From assembly GCF_030144855.1 (NCBI RefSeq), contig NC_082727.1, positions 20,956,001 through 21,020,000 of the forward strand: DNA of 64,000 nt, read 5' to 3'. Positions 13,301-25,300 of this stretch are shown piece after piece; the stretch's first letter is position 1, and the number at the start of each line of letters is the position of its first letter. Below the pieces are notes generated by a model. The model was not told the DNA's origin. It searched no databases and saw only the letters and a list, made by a program, of their open reading frames with translations. The position numbers and the translations under genes are program-made. This stretch comes from Hypanus sabinus (taxonomy: Eukaryota).

Positions 13301-16300
13301 AATCTCAGCTCTCATGGTCCCTAATTTTGGGCCTGATCCCCGAATATGGTAGCCCGTGCAGTCAGGTCTTGTGGTGCTGAGCTGGACGCCTGGTGCTGCT
13401 GGGGTCTGGGGAGATCTGCAGTCAGCATTGGGGATTAAGGTCTGGTTGTGGCCAGATGTCAGGGACCACGGGTCAGGGGTCAGGATCCTGGGGTTTGGGT
13501 GGAACTGATGGTCATCTTCAAGGGTTGTAGTGGGGTCAGGGTCCAGAGGTCTGAGGGTCAGGGGTCAGCAAGGTCAAGATCCGTGTGTCCTGTGGGTCCA
13601 CATTTGCAGGTGTTTCTCTCTATTCCAGATTCGGGTCTCGGTGTGGGACATCGAGGGCCTCCAGGACCCCCTGGACCCCCAGGGAGACTCTCCAGCGCTG
13701 ACCTGATCACCTACCTGCAAAGTAAGTCTGAAGCGGCTGGAAATGTACTCCATGGTCTGAGCCCCGTCAGCCACAAGGCAGAAAGGAGCAACAGTCAGAA
13801 CAGAGACCCAGGGTCAGCACTGAACTTATCCTGACACCAAACACTCCACACACTGTCCAGAGCAAGCCTCGCCTTGTGTCTGGCCCTGTCACTGTCTGTG
13901 ATGGGTCGGTGTGGAGGGAGCCTCACCCTGTGTCTGGCCCTGTCACTGTGTGTGATGGGACAGTGTGGAGGGAGCCTCACCCTGTGTCCGGCCCTGTCAC
14001 TGTGTGTGATGGGACAGTGTGGAGGGAGCCTCACCCTGTGTCCGGTCCTGTCAGTGTGTGATGAGACAGTGTGGAGGGAGCCTCACCCTGTGTCTGGCCC
14101 TGTCAGTGTGTGATGGGTCGGTGTGGAGGGAGCCTCACCCTGTGTCCGGCCCTGTCAGTGTGTGATGGGACAGTGTGGAGGGAGCCTCACCCTGTGTCCG
14201 GCCCTGTCAGTGTGTGATGGGACAGTGTGGAGGGAGCCTCACCCTGTGTCTGGCCCTGTCAGTGTGTGATGGGACAGTGTGGAGGGAGCCTCACCCTGTG
14301 TCTGGCCCTGTCAGTGTGTGATGGGACAGTGTAGAGGGAGCTTCACTCTGTATCTGACCCTGGGGGTGTGTGATGAGAGTGTGGAGGGAGCCTCACCCTG
14401 TGTCCAGCCCTGTCACTGTGTGTGATGAGACAGTGTGGAAGGAGCCTCACCCTGTGTCTGGCCCTGTCAGTGTGTGATGGGACAGTGTAGAGGGAGCTTC
14501 ACTCTGTATCTGACCCTGGGGGTGTGTGATGTGGTGGTAGGGGCTGGGGGTCTCTCTGTGACAAGCTGTATACCAGGACCTGGGATTCACTGATCTCCTC
14601 TCCGCATCCACAGGGACGGAAGTTCAGCAATACCTGCGAGGACTCCTGGGTCCTTCTGGCCCACAAGGAGACTGGGTCAGTCATGTCGAGCTGGAGGCTT
14701 ACGTCACGGATTTCAGCAGAAGTAACGTCCGCTTTGGCTGGGGGTTGTGGGGGAGGTGTGAGTGTGTCATGTGCGGTGCTGAGGAATGCANNNNNNNNNN
14801 NNNNNNNNNNNNNNNNNNNNNNNNNNNNNNNNNNNNNNNNNNNNNNNNNNNNNNNNNNNNNNNNNNNNNNNNNNNNNNNNNNNNNNNNNNNNNNNNNNNN
14901 NNNNNNNNNNNNNNNNNNNNNNNNNNNAATCCTGTGGTGCCTCTATCCCAGCTGGGGGGGGGGCGGTGGGAGGTGGTGGTCAGTGAACAGAGGCAGCCGA
15001 TGCCCCTCCAGCCAGATCATCCCTCTTGCTGGCTCTGTGTCGGCTGGTCTGTGAAAGCTCAACTCCTGGGCTCTCCAGGTCCAGTTCTCTGGTCACATCT
15101 TGACTGGAACCCTCTGCCCACTATTCCCTTCCCATCTCACTCTCCGGCTCCTCCTCTGGACCCTCCCCACCTGTCTCACTGTGCTCCCTCTTGTTGCAGG
15201 TTGGTCGGCCGGATCAGGACGCCCAGGACCTCCAGGACCTCCTGGACCTCAAGGACCACCAGGGTCTCTGTCCTCAACCAGGGATCTCGCAGTCTTGCTG
15301 CAGGGTGAGTCCTCCAGGAATCGGGCAGGGGAGGGGTCTCGTAGAGGTGAGCTAAGGGAGGAGTCTAGGATCAGGGGTGAAGTGGGGTGCTGAGCTAGGG
15401 GACAGGGGAAGATGTAGATCAGGGTGCGACTGGTCGTCCATCCATGACCTGACTTCCTTTCTCCCCCCACCCCCCCACCGAGGCTGACCGCCATGATCCA
15501 GTGATTAACCAGACAGGTTGGATGGGCAGAGTGGCCACTCAGTACTCTGACCCACAGTGAGACGTCACTGGTCTCCGACAGTCACATCAGCTCAGTTGGT
15601 CTGGTTGGTCCATCCAAACCTCTCCCGAAAGAACACCCATTTCTCCCCACCTCCCGCTCCCCCTCCCACCCCAGCTGTGTTTGAGAGTGTGGGGTTACAG
15701 TGGATGAGGCTAGGTTATACAGAGAGCCTCTGCCCCAGAGACTAGACAACGCCACAGCTGTCTGTCCTCTCTCACAGACCCTGCCCTACCGTGCCTACCA
15801 ATGCAAGCCAGGGTCTCTGAACGCCTCCAACCCATATGCTCAAACCCCTCTCCATCTGTCCCATCATCAGATCTACCCCATCTCCATCTGCCCTGTCACT
15901 AGATTTAACCCCTCTCCTTTTAGCCTATCACCAGACCTACCCCCTCTCTCCCACCCCGCACATAGCTGTTATTCCTGAGGGACCGGACTCCACATTCTCC
16001 CCACTGTCGAGACCAGAGTTTCTCCTACATTCCCCACAGAGACGTCAGTAAGTACTTCGATATAACATCCCTGTCTGTCTCCCTCACACAGCATCACCTT
16101 ACCTGATGAGCCCCTCTGGGAGGTTACAGTCTTATTGAAGTTGGTATTGGTTCATTATTGTCCCACAGACCAAGGGCAATGAGAAGCTTTTGTTTCTTTC
16201 ATTCAATAAGAATGAAAGGAAACGAGAATTCAGAAACTAATATTAGAGCAAAAGAGAGTGCAGAGCTAATAAGGTTCAAGGGTCATGAGAGGTCAACAGT

Positions 16301-19300
16301 TCATCTGCAGTGTACGAGAGAGCTATTCAAGACTGAAGAGATCGAAGCCGTCCTTGAACCTGATGGTGTGCAATTCAGAGTTCTATAGCTTCTGCCCAGA
16401 CGGGAGAAGGTGGATGCGGACTGCTTCACTGAGGCAGTGATAGGTATAGACGGAGTCAGTGGAAGGGAGGTGGTTTGTGTGACAGGCTGGGCTGTGTCTG
16501 CAACTCCCTACGATGCCCCATCTGTCCAGAGCAGAGCCCCTTGTCTCTCGTAAATGCTCTTTGAACGCCCCAGTGATTTCTGGTTCTCTCTGCAGATGAA
16601 AGCGTTCGGAGATATTTGGTGGGACCTCCTGGGCCACCAGGTCCACAGGGTCCGCCCGGGAGCCCAGGTTACACAGGGCGGGAGAGAGTCAGAGACACAC
16701 GGCTGGATTACAGAGACATTGCCCACCGGCTGCAGGACTACCTGAGGAGTGAGTGTGTGACCGCTACAGACGGTCAGCGGCGGCATATCCATCCACACAG
16801 ACCACCCCTAGGCTGGGCTGAGGGACCCTGGGTAACCCACCACCTCCTCATTGAGCACGGGATGGATTTGGAGAGGGGTGAGGCCAGAGGTAGAGGGTGG
16901 AGAAGGGGCAGGGTGTGGACTAGAACCCCAGGATTGACAACGTGGCTGAAGGCCTCAGTGGAGAGTGAAGGTAGGTAGGCAGCAGTCCGGGGGAGGGCTG
17001 GGAATGTGGAGGTGGGCAGGGATAGAGTTGGGATCATGGTGAAGCCAAGCTTCTGCTGAATTTGGGAAACAAAGGACCTCACAAGGAGCAGAGGGGACCC
17101 ATTACTGCCCCTTGTCAAGAATCCCTGTCCAGGAGGACCACCATGGAGTGGGAGCTGAGGGGCAGACGGTGGGGGTATAATCACTGGCTTGTGGAATGGT
17201 TTGTGGGTGGGATCCTGATGTGTAGATGGTCCTTTGGGGTGGGGGAGACCCCCGAGTGTGAATGGCACGATTTCCACAGCCAGGAGCCAGAATCAGGAAG
17301 CCGGGAACTGGGAATGGGGAAGGGAAGGTGGAATCAGCGATCAGGGAAGAGGAGTTGGGCTGGTATTGGGAAGAGGGGTTCAGGGAGACGGGATCAGGAG
17401 TGGGGAAGGGAGGCTGTGCAGTGGGTATGGTGCACACATGCCAGCCCTGTGATCACTTAGCGCTGCTGGGTTTGTGGTTTCACTGCCTCTCCCTCTCTCC
17501 TCTGCCAGGTTCTGGTACAGTCCTCCAGGTACAGGGACCCCCAGGACCTCCAGGAGCCCCAGGAACACCAGGTTCCATGTCCAGCGCTGAGCTGTTGGCT
17601 CTGCTACAGAGTGAGTATTGGCACCCCAATGTCCGTCCCAACACTAGTGTCTGTACCCTGGGAACACCCCCAAGTCACGGCATCCTGTTGGCAGGATGTT
17701 CCAGCTTTGGGGGAGCAGAGATACCAGTGATGGGACACCTGACCGCAGAGACGGGGAACTCCAGGGATACCCACACTCCCCTGGGACCCCCACCTCCACC
17801 TTGTCTTGGACACCCTGGCAGAGTCCGTGAACTCAGCATCTTCATCCCCAGAGATGGTGAACCATCCACATCCAGGGACCATTGGCCTCCCCAGGTGATG
17901 TGTGGGGTGCGGTGGGGAGCCTGGGATGTCTTGACCAGAAGTGGAGGGATGGTGTAGGAAGGGAGGAGGAGGGAATTAACGCCTGGGACATTCCAGCATC
18001 ACTGTATAACCTGTTCCTTTGCCTTTAGGTCCTCAAATCCGTGGGATCACTGGTCAACCAGGACCACCTGGACCGCGAGGTTTACCAGGCCCTGCCGGAC
18101 CGCCCGGACTTGGTGGAGGGAACCTCCGTGTTGAAGATGTTGTCACCTACATTCAGAGTAACTTGACCTCCTGCATGTTCAGAAAACGCTTTCCGTGGCT
18201 TGCGTTATATTGCGTGGTGTGCTGGGGTGACCGTGCGTCTGGGGGCACAGTGAAACCCTGGGTTTGACCCAGCCTGGACTCTGGTGGGCTGAGAGAGCCT
18301 GGTAACCCTTCCCTGGTGTCAAACTCTCCCTGGCTGGGACCAGTTCCCAGGCTCACCCCAGTTTCTAACCTCTGTGTTTGTGTCCAGATTCAGGTTACAG
18401 TGTCAGAGGCCCCCAGGGACCTCCCGGGCCTCCTGGACCCCCAGGGGGTGGTTTCAATTCCCAGGACCGGCAGCAACTCAAGAATGAGATTATTAATTAT
18501 TTCACAAGTAAGTACTGTGATAAACTGTTCAGTTTTATGTGCTGATAACTGAAGCCCCCTGCCTGCGAAGGAAGCTTTGTGTTCCCATTGGGGTCTGGTG
18601 TGATAGTAGGGGGTGCACCTGGAGAAAGGTTGACACTCTGTGTCGGACTGAGGCCGAGGACGTTCCTGGTTGACAGCTGGAAAACTGTTCAGAATCCGAT
18701 CTACTGTACCCTGGGCTCCCGTTTTCCTCGTGAGCCCTCTGAGGCTGATTCAGGTTCATTTATCCTGTACATTGAAACAATGCTTCATGGGATTAACAGC
18801 CAACAAAACCCAGGGATGTGCTGGGGTCAAGGCTACAAGACCAGCACTAAATGTGGCATTTTGTGGCCACATTTTTGTGCTCTGGGCAGTGACCCCTGTA
18901 ATGAAGAAATAAAGTGGAACACCAAAGGTGTTGTTGTCATGACTTGAGAGAACCCTGGTGAATGAATCGACCCATTCCACTTCTCAAATGCCGTTCAACA
19001 CGCTGACTTCTTTCACCCTTTTGTCCTTGTTCCAAATTCCAGCAACTTCTGTCCATTTGGCCCCTCTCCCCCACCGCACCATCAGTAAGATCACGGCTGA
19101 CCTTTTACCCCTGGGCCACTTCCCTGCGCCGTCCAGAGATCTGTCCATCTCGGTGCTGATCTTGCTGGCGACCATATTTCCACTGCTGCCTGGGGTAGTG
19201 ATTCCCACCACTCTCCCTCTCTGGAGGGGTTCCTTCCCACCACAGTCACCCCAAGCAGGTGGGGTGGCTCTCGGCAGCTGGAGCATTTCAGACCGTGGCC

Positions 19301-22300
19301 TCATTTCCTTTGCTGGACACTCAGCTCTGCTGCCTTGTGTTTGTCAGCCCTAGTTGTAGAAGGATTTCAATATCCCGAGTCTACTCCCATGACTCCTTGC
19401 CTGGGACACTGTCATGCACACTCTGGGCTACTTCCACAGTGTGTGGTTCAGTATTACCGCAGGGGTAATGTCAAAATCAAACAAAGACAAAGTAAATTTA
19501 TTATCAAAGTACGGATATATCTTTACACTACTGTGTGATTTTCATGCGGCACCCCAGGAAAACAAAGAAATATAATAGAATTTATGTAGATGGTTAAGTA
19601 GGTAGATAATTACACTGAGAAGGTTCAGGACACTGATGGCTGAGAAGTAATAACTGTCCCTGAACCTGGTGCTGTGGGATTTAAAGCTCCGATACCTCCT
19701 GCTTAATGGCAGTAGTGAGAAGAGAGTGTGGCTTGAGTGCTGAGGGCTGTTGATAATGGATGCTGCTTTCTTGTGGCAGTGCACCACGTAGATGGGCCGA
19801 ACAGTGCATCAAGGTGCTGTAGAGATTGTACAGACTTCTCCAGCCTTACAACCCGTCGCTCTCTGCACAGTGCAGGGGTGATGCTGTTTAATGTTACTTG
19901 TGTGCCTGTCCAATGTAATGTATTCTCTTCACTGATTCTAACGATGAGAGTGCCAGTGCCCCTGTGCTCCGCACTCCCTCTGTGCACAGCTGGTAATCCA
20001 GCCTCTCTCTGGATGTGGGGGCAGAAGGATGGGTTGGCAAGTTTGCAGACGACACAAAGGTTGGTGGTGTTGTGGATAGTGTAGAGGATTGTTGAAGATT
20101 GCAGAGAGACATTGATAGGATGCAGAAGTGGGCTGAGAAGTGGCAGATGGAGTTCAACCCAGAGAAGTGTGAGGTGGTACACTTTGGAAGGACAAACGCC
20201 AAGGCAGAGTACAAAGTAGATGGCAGGATATTTGGTAGCATGGAGGAGCAGAGGAATCTGGGGTACATGTCCACAGATCCCTGAAAGTTGCCATAGGGTA
20301 GTGAAGAAAGCTTATGGGGTTTTAGCTTTCATAAGTCGAGGGACAGAGTTTAAGAGTTGCGAGGTAATGATGCAGCTCTGTAAAACTCTAGTTAGGCCAC
20401 ACTTGAAGTACTGTGTCTAGTTCTGGTCACCTCACTATAGGAAGGATGTGGAAGCATTGGAAAGGGTACAGAGGAGATTTACCAAGATGCTGCCTGGTTT
20501 AGAGAGTATGCATTATGATCAGAGATTAAGGGAGCTAGAGCTTTACTCTTTGGAGAGAAGGAGGATGAGAGAAGTGATAGAGGTATACAAGATATTAAGA
20601 GGAATAGATAGAGTGGACAGCCAGTGCCTCTTCCCCAGGGTACCACTGCTCAATACAAAAGGACATGGCTTTATGGTAAGGGGTGGGAAGTTCAAGGGGT
20701 ATATTAGGGGAAGGTTTTTTACTCAGCGTGGTTGGTGCGTGGAATGCACTGCCTGAGTCTGTGCTGGAGGCAGATACACTAGTGAAATTTAAGAGACTAC
20801 TAGACAGGTATATGGAGGAATTTAAGGTGAGGGGATATATGGGAGGCAGGGTTTAAGGGTCAGCACAACATTGTGGGCCGAAGGGCCTGTACAGTGCTGT
20901 ATTATTCTATGTTTTATGTTCTCCTACAGGTGACCGGATGAGGCCGTACATCATGGGCCCCCCAGGACCCCCAGGTCGTGTTGTATACTCTGAACTGGCC
21001 CCACGACTTATCCAGTACATGCGAGGTAAGTCATCGGCGAAGAGGCAACTCGAGTTTATTAAAGATTAACTTTATTTGTTACATATACGTAGAACATTCA
21101 AAGACATGGTGAAATGCATCATTTGTGTCGATAACCGACATTTTCTGAGGACATCCCACAGGTGTTGCCATGCTTCCAGCATAGCATGCCCATAAGTTAC
21201 TAACCCTAACCAGTACCTCTTTGGAATGTGGGACGAATCCCACCCAGTTGCAGGGAGAACACACAAACTCTTTACAGACAGTATTGGGAATTGAGCCCCA
21301 GCTACACTGTTGATATTTCCATCAAAATCAGAGCACGTTGACCTCAAACGAGCCTCTTGCTTTTCCAGACAATGGGCTGATTGATTCCCGTGTCATCGCT
21401 GGTGGGGGTTCAGGGCGTAATGGATACCTGTGGCGAGAGCGAACTTATGGAAATGGCACAGACTTCGAGAACTACTTGAGAGGTAGGACAATTGTCGTAG
21501 GGTGGGGAGAGGCTGGGATGAGGGCAAGTGGTGGGAGGGGGAGACTTGAAAGGTGGGTCAGGAGGGGGTGTCATTGTGGGATGAAGAGTTTGGAATGAAG
21601 GGTTCATGAAGTTGCTGAGTTCGAACATTAATTGCCCTTCAAACTCAAACATGAAATAACTTTTGGTGAAGGAAAGCTGGGCAGTTTAGGTCTTTACTCA
21701 CTGTGTTTGGAAGAATGAGATGTGATATTATATAAGCACACAGTTCTGAGGAGGACTGACAGAATGGATACTGAAAGGGTGATTCCCCTGGAGGGGTAGC
21801 TAGACCCAGTGTCCAGATGGAACTCCCACCTCAGAGATGTCAAGGGAGGTGGAACACTGGAATTCTCTGCCGGAGATCCGTGGAGTTGCTGAAAGTATTC
21901 AGGGTGGAGGCTGACTGATCTCTGAAACTAGAGTACTGTACATTGAGGGGGAATGGAGAGAGTGACAAAGGTGGGTCATCTGTGATCACATTACTTGGGT
22001 GGGGCAGCCTCAAGAGCCTATTCTTGCTCTGGTTTTGTGTATCTTTATTCCAGTACTTATTCTGCTAATCACTACATTATCCAGTAACTGGTTCCCACGT
22101 TGTCCTCTTGTAGATAATAGTTGGACTAGTCACGCATCCCACACTTCGTCCCGAAGCTCGGGTGCACCTGGGGTAGCCAACTGGCTTCAGTTCGATTGGG
22201 AGAAAGTGTTCAACGGGAACAAGACAGCGTATGAGGAATTCCTGAGAGGTGAGAACGGTTGTGTAATTGGAGTTTGCAGTTCAGTTCTGGTGTCCTCTGT

Positions 22301-25300
22301 AAGGAGTCTCAGTATGTCCTCCCCTTCACTATAGGAAGGATGTGGAAGCATTGGAAAAGGTACAGAGGAGATTTACCAGGATGCTGCCTGGTTTAGAGAG
22401 TATGCATTATGATCAGAGATTAAGGGAGCTAGGGCTTTACTCTTTGGAGAGGAGGATGAAAGGAGACATGATAGAGGTATACAAGATACTAAGAGGAATA
22501 AATAGAGTGGACAGCCAGCGTCTCTTCCCCAGGGCATCACCGCTCAATACAAGAGGACATGGCTTTAAGGTAAGGGGCGGGAAGTTCAAGGGGGATATTA
22601 GAGGAAAGTTTTTTACTCAGAGAGTGGTTGGTGCGTGGAATGCACCGCCTGAGTCAATGGTGGAGGCAGATACATTAGTGAAATTTAAGAGTCTACCAGA
22701 CAGGTATATGGAGGAATTTAAGGTGGGGGGTTATATGAGAGGCAGGGTTTAAGGGTTGGCACAATATTGTGGGCCGAAGGGCCTGTACTGTGCTGTACTA
22801 TTCTATGTTCTATGAATGTGTGGGTTTTCTCTGGGTCCCCCGGTTTCCTCCCCACAGTCCAAAGACATACCAGGGTTATCAGTGATTGTAATTTGTCCCA
22901 AGATTAGGTTAGGGCCAAATCGTGGTTGCTGGGCAGAGCAGCTCAAAGGGCTTATTTCACATGGCACCTGAAAAGTAATTAATTATTGTCATTTCCAGTA
23001 CACAAGTGTAAAGGAGAACAAAATAATTGTTACTCCAGATCTGATGCAGCACAGAAAAAAACTCACATGATAAAGAACACAGTAATAATACTAACAGAAT
23101 AAATATAAATCCATAAGATGGCTTATATACATACGTTGATTGGATGTATGTCCATAAGGTGACGCTAGGCACAGGAGTGTATGTACATAAAGTGACCTTG
23201 ACAGGAAGTGATAAAGTAGTGATGGTTGGGAGTGTGGAGAGGTGAATTAGTGGGTGGAGGTGTTGATGAGCCTTACTGCTTGTGGAAAATATCTGTGTTT
23301 GGGTCTGGTGGTCCTGGTGTGGGTATTTCATCACCTTTCCCTGATGGGAGTGGAACAAACCATCCAGGAACAGGCAGGGTAGATTGTTACTGGCCCTCTT
23401 CCGGCACCTTTCTGTATCCATGTCCCTTATTCAGGTAGGCTGGTGCCAGTGACGTGTTGGGCAGTTTTGACTACCCGTTCAATCCAGGTGAAGTTGGAAA
23501 TACAACAAAATGAAAGCTGACTTAGTGTTCACCTTGTACCCCGGGGGGGGGGGGGGGAATGGGGGGAATCACCCTCTGCAGCAGTGTGAGAGTGAAATGT
23601 TTATCACTGTTACTGATTCCAACATTGTTCTCCTATAGACTACGGCTGGATAGTGCAGGCATCCCACGGCTCAGGGGCATCCGATCGCAGACAGTTCGAT
23701 TGGGAGAAACTGTTCAACGGGAACAGGACAGCGTATGAGGAATTCCTGAGAGGTGAGAGCTGTTGTGTAAAATTCTCGGTCACTGCAGGGGATTTATAGG
23801 CGTGGTACAGGGTCTCAGACAGAACCTCATGAACAGATGGGAGGAGCTGCTTCAAGGTTGGGAATCCGAGAACCGTAACAGCACCTTTTCAAGTGGATCA
23901 TTATCTTACATCACAAACTGTGTTACCCTGACATCCCTTACTCTGTGATGTATCCTCATGGTCTGAGCAGAGCCACTGAATTCAGCCCCCCAGACCGGGG
24001 CAGGAAACTGGTCTGTCAATCTTCTCCAGATTCACCTCAGAGTGGCTGCCTCTCTGGGTGGACTATGCGTGAGTCAAGATGGGGTTGTGAGCCCCACATT
24101 GTTTGTAATTCTGATTGTGTCTCGAGTTAGCGGAAAGTCAGCTTGGGTTGGTGTTCCAGGTACAGTCACCGTGATGACAGCCTCTCACCATTTACCTCTG
24201 GTTCAAGTTTGAGGGCTGGTTACAGATCCACTTGCTCTTTCTGAAGCCCTTGGCAGAATTGCTTGTCTTTGCTGGAAATACTTGGTCAATTGCGATATCA
24301 CTGTGTCACAGGCGGAGGAGACTGTGAGCTAATCCAAACACCAGCCTTCTGCTCAACTTGAAAAATCCCTGACCTATTCAAAAGCAAACAAGGGGACCAC
24401 TGCCAGTCTGAAGTAAAATAGAAACTCTGGGAGATGTTGCGTCAGGCAGCCTCTGTGGCAGAGAGATACAGTCAACGTTTCACTAGATCCAGATTCAAGA
24501 TTGGGTACCATGGGAGAGCAGCAGTTAGCACAACACTATCACAACTCAGGGTATCAGAGTTTGGAGTTCAATCCTTGTGTCCTCCCTCTGTAAGGAGTCT
24601 CAGTACGTCCTCCCCGTGGAATGTGTAGGTTTTCCCCTGGTTTCCTTCCCCACAGTCCAAAGATGTACCAGGGTTACCGGTGATTGTAATCTGTCCCATG
24701 ATTGGGTTAGGGCTAAATTGGGGCTGCTGGGCAGAGCAGCTCAAAGGGCTTATTTCACACTGCACCTCAAAAGTAATTAATTAATTATCATCATTTCCAG
24801 TACACAAGTGTAAAGGAGAACAAAATAATTGTTACTCCAGATCTGATGCAGCACAGAAAAAAAACTCAAAATGAAAAAGAACACAGTAATAATACTAACA
24901 GCATAAATATAAATATGTAAGATGGCTTATATACACATGTTGATTGATTGTATGCCCATAAGTTGATGCTATACACAGGAGTGTATGTACATTAGGTGAC
25001 TTTGACAGGAAATGATAAGGTAGTGGTGTTTGGGGGTCTGGAGAAATGGATTAGTGGGTTGAGATACGTCTTTGAACTCTGGAGGTGTTGATGAGCCTTA
25101 CTGCTTGTGGAAAGTATCTGTGTTTGGGTCTGGTGGTCCTGGTGTGGGTGTTTCATCGCCTTTCCCTGATGGGAGTGGAACAAACAATTCATGAACCGGC
25201 TGGGTAGATTGTTACTGCCCCTTTTCCAGCACCTTTCTCTATCTACGTCCTTTATTCAGGTAGGCTGGTGCCAGTGATGTGTTGGGCAGTTTTGACTACC

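Noticed and set aside
14791-14927. ORFs spanning N-runs (also at 44744-45124 and 50363-50513)
   Set aside because: Assembly gaps; the flanking exons already join in frame, although a hidden phase-1 exon in the first gap cannot be excluded.
23690-23715. LIR/AIM-like motif (DWEKL, DWEKV, DWDQL) in the repeats
   Set aside because: Collagen XVII is a type II membrane protein, so this part is extracellular and not accessible to LC3.
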